NCBI GenBank assembly: GCA_041483895.1
Contig: JBGPGO010000018.1
Span: 1-64,000 of the forward strand
Length of the DNA: 64,000 nucleotides
Reading direction: 5' to 3'
From: Fimbriimonadia bacterium
GTDB taxonomy: Bacteria > Armatimonadota > Fimbriimonadia > Fimbriimonadales > JABRVX01
The notes below the pieces were generated by a model. It searched no databases. It was not told the DNA's origin and saw only the letters and a program-made list of their open reading frames with translations. Both the position numbers and the translations under genes were made by a program. Positions 1 through 8,572 of this stretch are shown in pieces (position 1 is the first letter of the stretch; every line of letters starts with the position of its first letter).

Positions 1-132
1 CGTTGCAGTTCCACCGTCGATTTCCTCCATGGCATACCTCCATTGTGTCAACGATGTCTCCGAACATGTGTCAACGATCTATCCAGTCTGAACACAAGCG
101 GGGGAGGGGGCTATCCAACCCAGCGCATCCAA

Positions 133-216
133 TGTTGGGTGGGGGTTCTTCTGAAATGCCCTCCCCTTTTTTCAGGCGGCAGCCTGGAAAAGGGGGAGGG
201 TTGGGTGGGGGTTCTT
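133..216. repeat. CCCTCCCC/GGGGAGGG-type palindromic repeat
   Basis: About 157-214 matches the reverse complement of 41721-41778; TTGGGTGGGGGTTCTT occurs twice locally (135-150, 201-216). Confidence 0.8.
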
Positions 217-980
217 CACGGGGCTTCACACTCATCGAGCTCCTCGCCGTCATCGCCATCATCGCCATCCTGGCCGCCATACTCTTCCCCGTGTTCAGCA
301 GCGCGAGGAAGCAAAGTCACAAATCAGCCTGCGCGAGCAACCAGCGGCAACTGGTCCAAGCCAACCAGATGTACTGCGATGACACCGGCCGATACGCCCC
401 CGCCGCCCAGGACCTGTTCGAATTCGACACCAAGCGATGGTTCGGCATCAGAGCAGCGGATGGCAAGTTCCAGCCGAAGAGCGGCCCCCTGGTTCCCTAC
501 CTCAAAGATGGCGGGCTGCTGCGAAAATGCCCCTCGTTCGAAACGACAGTCGGATTCGACAAGGGCACCGGCGGATACGTCTACAACGCCCTCGGCGTCG
601 GTTCCCTCACCTGGGACCTTGGATATGTGGCCGAGGCATTCCATAGCTCCCGCAAACCCTCCGGGATCCGCCGGCCCAGCGAAGTGGCCATGTTCGCGGA
701 CGGCGCGCTGGACGTGGGCAAAGGTCTGGCCGAATACGCGTTCCTCGAGCCCCCGCCGGAGGTCCTCAAACGCATGGGACAGACCAATCCCCTCGATCCA
801 TCCATCCATTTTCGCCATACGGAGACCGCGCTCGTCTCCTTTGTGGACTCGCATGTAAAACCCAAGAGAATGGACGAATCGGCAGAAAAGAGCCTCGTAT
901 ATCCGAACGCAGCGCCAGCGGCGCACAAGATCGGCTGGTTCGGACCCGTCACGGGCGAAACTCCCTATACCCCGGACTAA
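156..980 (+). CDS. Prepilin-type N-terminal cleavage/methylation domain protein (DUF1559 / H-X9-DG-like)
   Basis: RGFTLIELLAVIAIIAILAAILFPVFSSAR N-methylation motif, CASNQRQL, C-terminal RHTETALVSFVDSHVK. Start uncertain (in-frame ATG at 132 or 156). Confidence 0.85.
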   Translation: MPSPFFRRQPGKGGGLGGGSSRGFTLIELLAVIAIIAILAAILFPVFSSARKQSHKSACASNQRQLVQANQMYCDDTGRYAPAAQDLFEFDTKRWFGIRAADGKFQPKSGPLVPYLKDGGLLRKCPSFETTVGFDKGTGGYVYNALGVGSLTWDLGYVAEAFHSSRKPSGIRRPSEVAMFADGALDVGKGLAEYAFLEPPPEVLKRMGQTNPLDPSIHFRHTETALVSFVDSHVKPKRMDESAEKSLVYPNAAPAAHKIGWFGPVTGETPYTPD

Positions 981-983
981 CAC

Positions 984-1012
984 TTGCCTCCGCCGGCCAT
1001 TCTCGTTATAAT
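984..1012 (+). promoter_or_regulatory. Sigma70-type promoter, probably leaderless clpS transcript
   Basis: TTGCCT-17 bp-TATAAT, ending 6 nt before GTG 1019. Confidence 0.65.
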
Positions 1013-1018
1013 GAGCCT

Positions 1019-1315
1019 GTGGCGAAACAGCGCGGGGTATCCGATGTCGAGCAATTGCCGACGGATGCCGTAAAAGGAAACGATGGCTGGGTCGTTATCA
1101 TCTTCAATAACGATCACAATTCGACGGATGAGGTCATCGCGGTCTTGATGGCCGCAACCGGGTGCGCCTACGATGAGGCCTACTGCGAAATGTGGGAGGC
1201 CCATAATTTTGGCCGCGCGACCGTTCATTTCAGCGGCGAGGCCGAATGCCGAGAGGTGGCCAAAACGGTCTCCTCCATCGGCGTAAAAACCGAAGTGCGC
1301 AAGGAGTGGGACTAA
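1019..1315 (+). CDS. clpS: ATP-dependent Clp protease adaptor ClpS (paralog 1)
   Basis: WVVIIFNNDHNSTDEVIAVL...A...MWEAHNFGRATV ClpS core pattern. Confidence 0.85.
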   Translation: MAKQRGVSDVEQLPTDAVKGNDGWVVIIFNNDHNSTDEVIAVLMAATGCAYDEAYCEMWEAHNFGRATVHFSGEAECREVAKTVSSIGVKTEVRKEWD

Positions 1316-1318
1316 CCG

Positions 1319-1612
1319 ATGGCGGATCAAAAAGGCGGTGCGTCGCTGCCGGAAATCGAGGAGAGCGGTCCCGGAACCGGCTCCGGCCATTGGGTGGTCA
1401 TCGTCTACAACAACGATCACAATTCGGTGGACGAAGTGATCCAGGTCCTGGTGCTCGCCACCAAATGCGGCCGGGAAGAGGCCGAGATGGAGACGTGGGA
1501 GATCCACAATCTGGGCCGTTCCACAGTGCATCACGGAAGCCAGCCCGATTGCGAAACGGTGGCGGCGGTCATCGGCACGATCGGCATTCGCGTCGAGGTT
1601 CGGGAGGAATAA
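1319..1612 (+). CDS. clpS: ATP-dependent Clp protease adaptor ClpS (paralog 2)
   Basis: WVVIVYNNDHNSVDEVIQVL...TWEIHNLGRSTV; RBS AGGAG upstream. Confidence 0.85.
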   Translation: MADQKGGASLPEIEESGPGTGSGHWVVIVYNNDHNSVDEVIQVLVLATKCGREEAEMETWEIHNLGRSTVHHGSQPDCETVAAVIGTIGIRVEVREE

Positions 1613-1688
1613 AGGGGACCCGCGCCTAACTACCAGCGTATCTTTGGAGGCCGAGCAGCCTCTTTGGTGAACAGGAGATGCGCGAAGT

Positions 1689-2591
1689 ATGGCTGTATCG
1701 ATAGTTTTGCGTGCCGGGGCCTTCCTTGCGGCGGGAGTCCTGGCCGCAATTGCGCTCGGCAGCGCGATGCAAGAAAAGAAGGCCGATCCTCCCGCCAAGA
1801 ATCCCTCGGAAGGGGCGGAATATGTCGGAATGGGGCCCTGCATCGGATGTCACCAACGCTACCACGAAACCTGGAGCGATACCGTCCACGGCAAGCTGCT
1901 CCTTTCTGACGATCTTCCGAAAGAGAAACGGACCTGCGAAGCCTGCCACGGACCTGGGAGTCTGCACATCGAACACGGCGATCCAACAAAGATCGTTCGG
2001 TTCCCGAAGCTCGACACCAAAGGGACGACAGCGATCTGCCTCAAATGCCACCAGAACCTGATCAACAGCCACGATTTTCAGCGCACGCCCCACGCGATGA
2101 GCAAGCTCAAGTGCACCACCTGCCACAACCTGATGGCGGAAAAGGCGCCAGGGCTGTTGAAGGAAAAGCAGGAAGATCTCTGCTTCAAATGCCATGCGAC
2201 AATCCGGGCCGCCACCAACAATTTTTCCCATCATCCGATCCCGGAAGGCACGATGCATTGCTACACCTGTCACGACGTCCATTCCGGCAAGCACGACTAC
2301 ATGCTGCGGAACGATGTCCGAGAACTCTGTTCCAAATGCCACGCCGATCGCAAGGGGCCATTCGTCTACGAGCACAGCCCGAACCAGAGCGGATTCGGCG
2401 GCGACTGCACCACCTGCCACAACCCCCACGGCTCGCCGAACCCTAGCATGACCATCATGGCGGACCGCGGCCTCTGCATGCGATGCCATACCGGAATGAC
2501 GAACCATCAACCTGAATTCACGTGCACCGCGCCGGGTTGCCATCACTACATCCACGGGTCCAACTCCAGCGACCTGTTCTTTGGGCCATGA
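1689..2591 (+). CDS. DmsE/MtrA-family periplasmic decaheme c-type cytochrome
   Basis: Signal peptide, YVG..CIGCH start, nine CxxCH motifs plus terminal CTAPGCH..IHGSN, CEACHGPGSLH and CHNPHGS family motifs. Confidence 0.9.
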   Translation: MAVSIVLRAGAFLAAGVLAAIALGSAMQEKKADPPAKNPSEGAEYVGMGPCIGCHQRYHETWSDTVHGKLLLSDDLPKEKRTCEACHGPGSLHIEHGDPTKIVRFPKLDTKGTTAICLKCHQNLINSHDFQRTPHAMSKLKCTTCHNLMAEKAPGLLKEKQEDLCFKCHATIRAATNNFSHHPIPEGTMHCYTCHDVHSGKHDYMLRNDVRELCSKCHADRKGPFVYEHSPNQSGFGGDCTTCHNPHGSPNPSMTIMADRGLCMRCHTGMTNHQPEFTCTAPGCHHYIHGSNSSDLFFGP

Positions 2592-4174
2592 AAAAACTCT
2601 TCCTACTATTCTTCGCGGCACCCGTTGCGGCCTACACCCAGGCTCAACTGCAGGTCTGGGGTGACATCGCCGCCGCCCTCCAGCAAGTGAGCGGTAGCCG
2701 CTCATACTTCGAACGCTACGCGCAAATGCCGACCAACATCGCGTCGGACCGGATCCGACTTTGGTATACCGTGCCCGGCGACCAGTTCTGGCGATGGGAC
2801 ACGGAGCGGCTGATTAGCACCCGAAGCTATATCACGAATGGCCGCATTTATGGCCGAAATGTGCTGACATCCTTGAAGCTCGGGCAGCAATCGGATCAGT
2901 TCTACGTCCGTGGCGACAACCGTTTCACATGGACCCGCCAGCCAATTCTGTTGACGCTGCCGGCCCTGTCCGGGTTTCTACAATGGAGCTACGATTACAG
3001 CAAGCTGGATGGACCGACCGGCTTTCTGTACGAACCGGACCGCATCGACCACGCCACGCAGTACGGCAACTTCAAGACCGAAGAGTATGGGATGCGCTAC
3101 TTCTTGCATGCACGGGATTCGACGATCGAGGCGAGGGGATCGGAGTACCACTTCACCGATCACAGCGGCCTCCTCCCGAACTCTCGATCAGTGGCCGGCG
3201 AGATCTCGGCGACGCACGAACTGGGCAATGCGGGATCGATTCGCCTCACCGCAAGTCAGGTCGCGACCGATCTGCTTTTCTCCGCCGGCAGAGCGCTGGT
3301 TAACCGCGCTTTTCGGTTCGAATATGTTGCCGTCCCGGCCGACAATTGGGCGTTCGATGCCAGCTTCGGCAGCGCCTTCAACGACGCCCGAATCACCAAA
3401 AACGGCTACTCCCGCCGCAGCTCCGGCGGCGAGATCCGGCTTTCCTACTCCGGAATCCCGAAAACATCGCTGCGTTTCGGCCTGGGACGCAAGGAGTTTC
3501 AATATATCAGTCGCAATCACGACGAGACCTTTGAGCCGCGGGTGTGGCAATACAATGCCGCGCTGCGCTCCCATCCGCTGCCGTTTGTCAATCTCCAGGT
3601 CAGATACCGAGACCAAAACAATGAGCATATTCCGCCCGCGCAATTCAACGGCGACTACTCTCTCGACCCGCTGATTGCAAAGCGCATCCGGCTGCTCAAT
3701 ACCGCCGCCGGATTCACGCTTGGCCCCAGCACGATCCTGAATGTCAGCTACGACTACGAGCGCCGCGATAATCCCATGCGCCATACCGAATGGGACACGG
3801 ACCTTGCCATGATTTCGTTCTGGTCGCAACTCAAACAGGGATGGAGCCTGAGCATCGACGTGTTCCAGCAAAAATTCCGCGCGTTGGAAGTGGAACAGAT
3901 ACCGAACCTCACCGGATTCAAAGGATACGTCGCCAGTCTGTCCCATTGGGTAAACAGCCGTATCAGATACTCCACCGGTTTCGTCGCCGGCCGCCAGGAT
4001 GGCACGCTAACCAACGCCATGAATCAAAAATGGTTCCTATCCGCGCGCCAGGCCTTTATCGGCTCCTCCGACATCGGCTTCGAAATCAACAATCAGCTCT
4101 ATTCCGATCATCGGGAAGCGAGCCGCGACTATCGCACGTGGGGCGGCCGAATCGGGTTCGCGTTCACCTTCTAA
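2588..4174 (+). CDS. MtrB/PioB-like outer-membrane beta-barrel protein
   Basis: ATGA overlap with cytochrome stop, signal peptide MKKLFLLFFAAPVAA, alternating aromatic-rich strands, C-terminal GFAFTF beta-signal. Confidence 0.7.
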   Translation: MKKLFLLFFAAPVAAYTQAQLQVWGDIAAALQQVSGSRSYFERYAQMPTNIASDRIRLWYTVPGDQFWRWDTERLISTRSYITNGRIYGRNVLTSLKLGQQSDQFYVRGDNRFTWTRQPILLTLPALSGFLQWSYDYSKLDGPTGFLYEPDRIDHATQYGNFKTEEYGMRYFLHARDSTIEARGSEYHFTDHSGLLPNSRSVAGEISATHELGNAGSIRLTASQVATDLLFSAGRALVNRAFRFEYVAVPADNWAFDASFGSAFNDARITKNGYSRRSSGGEIRLSYSGIPKTSLRFGLGRKEFQYISRNHDETFEPRVWQYNAALRSHPLPFVNLQVRYRDQNNEHIPPAQFNGDYSLDPLIAKRIRLLNTAAGFTLGPSTILNVSYDYERRDNPMRHTEWDTDLAMISFWSQLKQGWSLSIDVFQQKFRALEVEQIPNLTGFKGYVASLSHWVNSRIRYSTGFVAGRQDGTLTNAMNQKWFLSARQAFIGSSDIGFEINNQLYSDHREASRDYRTWGGRIGFAFTF

Positions 4175-4182
4175 ATTGAAGC

Positions 4183-4203
4183 GGGGGCGACAGTATCGCC
4201 CCC
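4183..4203. terminator. Hairpin between convergent genes
   Basis: GGGGGCGA-cagta-TCGCCCCC. Confidence 0.6.
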
Positions 4204-4230
4204 TGATGCCGTTTCCTCAAGGAAAATGGT

Positions 4231-5790
4231 CTATCCCTTTATGCTGATGCGGAGAGTGGCCAGGTCTTCGCCGACTTTGCGACGAAGCACGAGGTCATAC
4301 GAGCCCTTGGCAGCCGTAACGAGATCTTTTAGTTGGTCCGGCGTCCGCAGCTTCTTGCCATTGAACGTTTCGATCACGTCGCCGGGCTTGATGCCGAACC
4401 GGGCCGCCGCGCTCCCGCGCTCAACGTCCGTGACAACAACCCCTTGAACGCTCGACGGAAGGTTGTACTCCTTCAAAACATCCTTTGATGGCTCGGCAAC
4501 CGCAACTCCAAGCCGTCCGGAAACGGGCGGTCCGAAGCTGTCGCCATCTCCGCCGAACGGGTCGACAAATTCCTGACCGCCGCTGTTGTCTTGCGCGATC
4601 TTCGCCGGCTTGCCGCCGTTGGTATCTACATCGAGCGGAGACCCGATCACTTTGGCGTCAACGGTCATCTGCTTGCCGTTCCGAATGAGAGTGATCTTGG
4701 CATCCTGGCCCGCCGGGATGTGCAGCAGCTTCATTCGCAGGTCGATGGCCTTCTCGATCTTGGTGCCGTTGATGTCGGTAATGACATCGTCTTCGCGAAT
4801 ACCGGCTTTATATGCGGGCTCGTCCTTCGTAACTCGCTTTACCAAGGCTCCTGCGTCGATATTCAGCCGATCTTTGTCCTCGGGAGTGATATCCGCAGGT
4901 TCCACACCGAGATAGCCGCGTGAAACCTTGCCGTTCTGAATGAGCTGTTCGGCTACGTCGCGCGCATTATTGATCGGGATGGCAAATCCGACGCCGACGC
5001 TGCCACCCATTTCCGAAGCGATGGCCGTGTTGATCCCAACCAGTTCCCCATGAATATTGATCAGCGGACCGCCGGAGTTGCCCGGATTGATGGCCGCGTC
5101 GGTCTGAATCATCGTGGGGTAATAGCGCATCGTGCCAACGAGCTGATCCGGTACTCCTTGCGAGCGGCTGAGGGCGCTGATATGGCCGATTGTGACAGTG
5201 TTCTCAAGTCCGAACGGACTGCCGATCGCGATGGCGAACTGCCCCGCCCTCACGCGGTTGGAATCTCCAAACGGAAGGGTGTGCAGGCCGTTGGCGTCAA
5301 CCTTGACGACGGCGATGTCGCTTAGAAAGTCTCGGCGGACCGTGCCTTCCATCTTCTTGCCGTCGGAAAACACGACGGTAACCTTGTCCGCCCCCCGCAC
5401 CACGTGATCGTTCGTCAGAATCCAGCCGTCGCTTCGGACAACCACGCCGGAGCCGGTCCCTTCGACGACATCCGGACTGCCGATCCCCGGTCCAAATTGA
5501 AACATTCGGGATCCGCGCGCGCCGCCGTTGTTCGTGATCGTATGCTTGGCCTGGATGCTGACCACGGCCGGCGACACCTCGTCCACGATCTTAGCGAACG
5601 CGTTCTCGATCGTTCCGAGCGCGTTCTCTTCCGCCATCGTGAGTTCAACGCGAGACGGCGGCGAACCCGCCTTGGCCGTTACAGCGTTGTAGCTGATCAT
5701 CCCGACTGTAGCCGATGCGCCAACCAGCATGCCTACGGATAGGTACATGCCCGCCGGGGTGCGAAACAGGTTGCTCAACCATTTTTTCAT
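4231..5790 (-). CDS. degP: DegP/HtrA serine protease with two PDZ domains
   Basis: TNDHVV, DIAVVKV, TDAAINPGNSGGPL; two PDZ-like segments; GGAGG RBS before ATG 5790. Confidence 0.92.
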   Translation of the reverse strand: MKKWLSNLFRTPAGMYLSVGMLVGASATVGMISYNAVTAKAGSPPSRVELTMAEENALGTIENAFAKIVDEVSPAVVSIQAKHTITNNGGARGSRMFQFGPGIGSPDVVEGTGSGVVVRSDGWILTNDHVVRGADKVTVVFSDGKKMEGTVRRDFLSDIAVVKVDANGLHTLPFGDSNRVRAGQFAIAIGSPFGLENTVTIGHISALSRSQGVPDQLVGTMRYYPTMIQTDAAINPGNSGGPLINIHGELVGINTAIASEMGGSVGVGFAIPINNARDVAEQLIQNGKVSRGYLGVEPADITPEDKDRLNIDAGALVKRVTKDEPAYKAGIREDDVITDINGTKIEKAIDLRMKLLHIPAGQDAKITLIRNGKQMTVDAKVIGSPLDVDTNGGKPAKIAQDNSGGQEFVDPFGGDGDSFGPPVSGRLGVAVAEPSKDVLKEYNLPSSVQGVVVTDVERGSAAARFGIKPGDVIETFNGKKLRTPDQLKDLVTAAKGSYDLVLRRKVGEDLATLRISIKG

Positions 5791-5816
5791 TTCTTGATTT
5801 ACCTCCGCCAAAAGAC

Positions 5817-7055
5817 TCAATAGTTGCTAGACTTTGCAAGCCTCATCAATTGTTGAACGCGATTCCAATCAACTTGCGATTTCTCAACAATCTGGTGATC
5901 CGTCAGACCCATGAATCGCCAACGGGCCAATTCCTCGATGCTTTTTCTAGATTCTTTCATGACGGCCATAAGAAACGCCGTCTGATCGAAGTCCATTCCC
6001 CGATCTAATATTCGGGTTGCGACAACCTTTTCCACGCCCATTGCCTTGGCCACATTCGTGGCCCATTGCTCGCGGCGGACCTTGCTGGCGCTCTCAAATG
6101 ATCGTACGAATTCTTTCATGCCTTCTTCGCCCAGATCGGCGATGATTGTGTATTTCGTGCCGCGATTGCTGAAAACCATAGTCCGATCGGCCCCGGTAGA
6201 GTTCGTCACTCGCAGCGTGCTCATCATGCCGGGCGACTGGTACACGGAAGCGTTCGCCAATCCGTCGGAATACCGCAGCGCGGCCGCTTGCCGGTCCCCG
6301 TTGGTCTTTGCCTCCGCATAGATGAAGGTCATTCCAAACGGCAGCTTCGCCGGCGCGATAATGTCGAAGCCCACCTTTTTTCGAAGATCGGAGAGCGTGT
6401 AGCTCACGGCCTGCTTCGCGTGGGATCGCACTTCGACGGCGCATCCAAACTTGGTGCTGAAAGAATCGGCGGGAATCTTCTTTTCAAAGTTGGGGAACAG
6501 CATCTCGTCCACGTACAGTTTCCTGCCATCGCTGCCATTAACCTGCATGCGAAGGATCACATGATTGGCCGTGTCGATCCAATAATAGCGCTCGAAAGCG
6601 CCCTTTTGCTTGGGCTTGGCCACGAGCACTTTCGCTTCTCGAGAACCGATCTTCTCTGACCGCAAGTAGGTGACGTTGTAGTTGGATCTAACCAGCGTGG
6701 CCCGCCGCGCGGCGGGCAAGGCCTTTGCGAATTGACCAGGGGAAGGCTGAACGTCACAGGAATTCGTATATGGATTGTAGGTCGTTCGCGCATAGCCGTC
6801 GTCGACAACTACCAGGCCTTTCAGCCGCAGTGGCGATACGACCACCTTTCGCACCGCGCCATCCGAATTCTGTTCCCAGGAAAGCCGCATCTCCATCATT
6901 CCGGTGGGTTGCGCCACTACCATTCGCTCGATCGCGGAGACCTGGGTTTTCGGGTGTTTCTCGAGTGCGTCAACAAGCAGATCCACAGGGGCCTGCACCG
7001 GCAGCACGACGACGTAAATCTGAATCAGGAAGTTCTGAATCAGTATGGTCATCAT
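5817..7055 (-). CDS. RseB/MucB-like (LolA-fold) periplasmic sigma-E regulator with C-terminal extension
   Basis: Position between anti-sigma and degP; KIGSREAKVL..PK..ERYYWID, LPFGMTF and YSDGLANASVYQ resemble MucB/RseB motifs. Confidence 0.65.
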   Translation of the reverse strand: MMTILIQNFLIQIYVVVLPVQAPVDLLVDALEKHPKTQVSAIERMVVAQPTGMMEMRLSWEQNSDGAVRKVVVSPLRLKGLVVVDDGYARTTYNPYTNSCDVQPSPGQFAKALPAARRATLVRSNYNVTYLRSEKIGSREAKVLVAKPKQKGAFERYYWIDTANHVILRMQVNGSDGRKLYVDEMLFPNFEKKIPADSFSTKFGCAVEVRSHAKQAVSYTLSDLRKKVGFDIIAPAKLPFGMTFIYAEAKTNGDRQAAALRYSDGLANASVYQSPGMMSTLRVTNSTGADRTMVFSNRGTKYTIIADLGEEGMKEFVRSFESASKVRREQWATNVAKAMGVEKVVATRILDRGMDFDQTAFLMAVMKESRKSIEELARWRFMGLTDHQIVEKSQVDWNRVQQLMRLAKSSNY

Positions 7056-7073
7056 ACCCTAGCTCTGCTCCGA

Positions 7074-7592
7074 TTAGTTTCCAAATCCGACCGGCATGGC
7101 ATCTGTTCGAGGCGTCGAAAGAAATGGAAATTCACCATTTCGTTCGTTGTGATCTCGATACCACATCTCCCAATCGGGATCGGCTGACGGCGCGGCCATG
7201 CCGATGGTGGCGCTCGAAGTACCCTGTCCTTGGGTGAACAGGTCTTGGCGTTCCGGCGTGATATAAATCGCAATCACGGCAACCACTCCGACCGCACCCA
7301 CCGCCCACGAGAACAGATCGCCTTTTGCAAATCGGACCAGGCGATTCCAAAGCGGTACGGTCGGTGTCTCTTTGGCGCCCAGCACTGCCGAAACCAATCG
7401 ATCTTCAAATCCGATCGGGACACGGGGAACACCGAGCGAACCAAGAAGCTGCTTCGTCTGCACGATCTGTTCCAGCTCGTGATCGCAGCCGGCGCATCGG
7501 GAGAGGTGGTTTCGAACCAGCAGCATCTCTCGGCCGGTTAGCTCCCCATCGATATAGCACGACATTCTGCTTTGTACGTATCGGCAGTTCAT
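7074..7592 (-). CDS. zf-HC2 anti-sigma factor (RseA-like, one TM helix)
   Basis: MNCRYVQSRMSCYIDGEL...HLSRCAGC and a hydrophobic TM segment. Confidence 0.85.
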   Translation of the reverse strand: MNCRYVQSRMSCYIDGELTGREMLLVRNHLSRCAGCDHELEQIVQTKQLLGSLGVPRVPIGFEDRLVSAVLGAKETPTVPLWNRLVRFAKGDLFSWAVGAVGVVAVIAIYITPERQDLFTQGQGTSSATIGMAAPSADPDWEMWYRDHNERNGEFPFLSTPRTDAMPVGFGN

Positions 7593-8197
7593 TCCACACA
7601 CCTCTTTTGAGTCGAAACAAGATCGGGCCGTTTCGCGGCCAGGGTATTCCGCAACAGTTTTCGCCCTCGATGGATCCGCGAACGGACGGTGCCGACGGAG
7701 CACTCCATAACTTCCGCGACCTCTTCGTAAGACAGCCCTTCAATATCCGCGAAAACAACGGCCCGCCGAAATGGGGCGGGCAGTGAATTGAGGGCAACTT
7801 GGAGATCGTGGTCCAGCACGTCTGCCATGATCACCTGCTCGGGCGTCATGGCTTGGTCGGGGAGATCCCATGCGAGGCCGCTCTCCCCATCTTCCGTCCG
7901 TATCGGGTCATCGAGCGACACGGTCTTTACCCGGCCCCGACGTCGGAGGGAGTCGATATGGGCATTGGTCATGATGCGGTACAGCCAACTGGAGAACGGG
8001 AGCCGGCTATCGTACCGCTCAAAAAACCGATATGCCCGGACGAAAGCTTCTTGAACGAGGTCTTCAGCGTCCGATTCGTGCCCCGTCATTCGGTAGGCCA
8101 AGCTGTACGCTTGGCGATGGTGCTTTCGCAACAGGTCTTCAAATAAAGATGGGTCGAGAGCAGAAATTGTGGCTGCCTCTTGAGCAATGGTCGTCAT
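7589..8197 (-). CDS. rpoE: ECF RNA polymerase sigma factor (RpoE/SigW-like)
   Basis: DAEDLVQEAFVRAY, FSSWLYRI, EGLSYEEVAEVM..SVGTVRSRIHRGR. Confidence 0.92.
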   Translation of the reverse strand: MTTIAQEAATISALDPSLFEDLLRKHHRQAYSLAYRMTGHESDAEDLVQEAFVRAYRFFERYDSRLPFSSWLYRIMTNAHIDSLRRRGRVKTVSLDDPIRTEDGESGLAWDLPDQAMTPEQVIMADVLDHDLQVALNSLPAPFRRAVVFADIEGLSYEEVAEVMECSVGTVRSRIHRGRKLLRNTLAAKRPDLVSTQKRCVE

Positions 8198-8218
8198 TCT
8201 TCGCCTCTCTCCTTGCGA

Positions 8219-8246
8219 TTTACGTATCCCCATCTCGAAAAGTTCC
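8219..8246 (-). promoter_or_regulatory. Putative autoregulatory ECF promoter
   Basis: Minus strand GGAACT-N16-CGTAAA just upstream of the sigma start codon. Confidence 0.55.
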
Positions 8247-8424
8247 TTTTCGCACCATTCCGAAGATGAACCGGCGAAGCTGCCGGTGGTTTCCGGGCGC
8301 CCCCCCGGTATGAGCCTATTATAACGTATCGCGATCCCGTGGGATGCGGTCAGGATTACACTCCGAAAATCCACCCATAGTTGCTTTGTTATGCGAAATG
8401 ATGTTTCCGCGCTTTCTCCCCAGG

Positions 8425-8454
8425 TTGACATTCCGTTACAACCCGGTGTATCAT
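8425..8454 (+). promoter_or_regulatory. Sigma70-type promoter for ROK regulator
   Basis: TTGACA-18 bp-TATCAT. Confidence 0.55.
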
Positions 8455-8572
8455 ACGGGTGGCGAGCTAGTTCTGCCGCATCATTTGCTCATATTTCATT
8501 AATACTAGCGTAGGATCGCGTCGAACATGCGTTGTTTGCCGGCATTGCGTAGGATAGCAAGGAGAACTTGAC

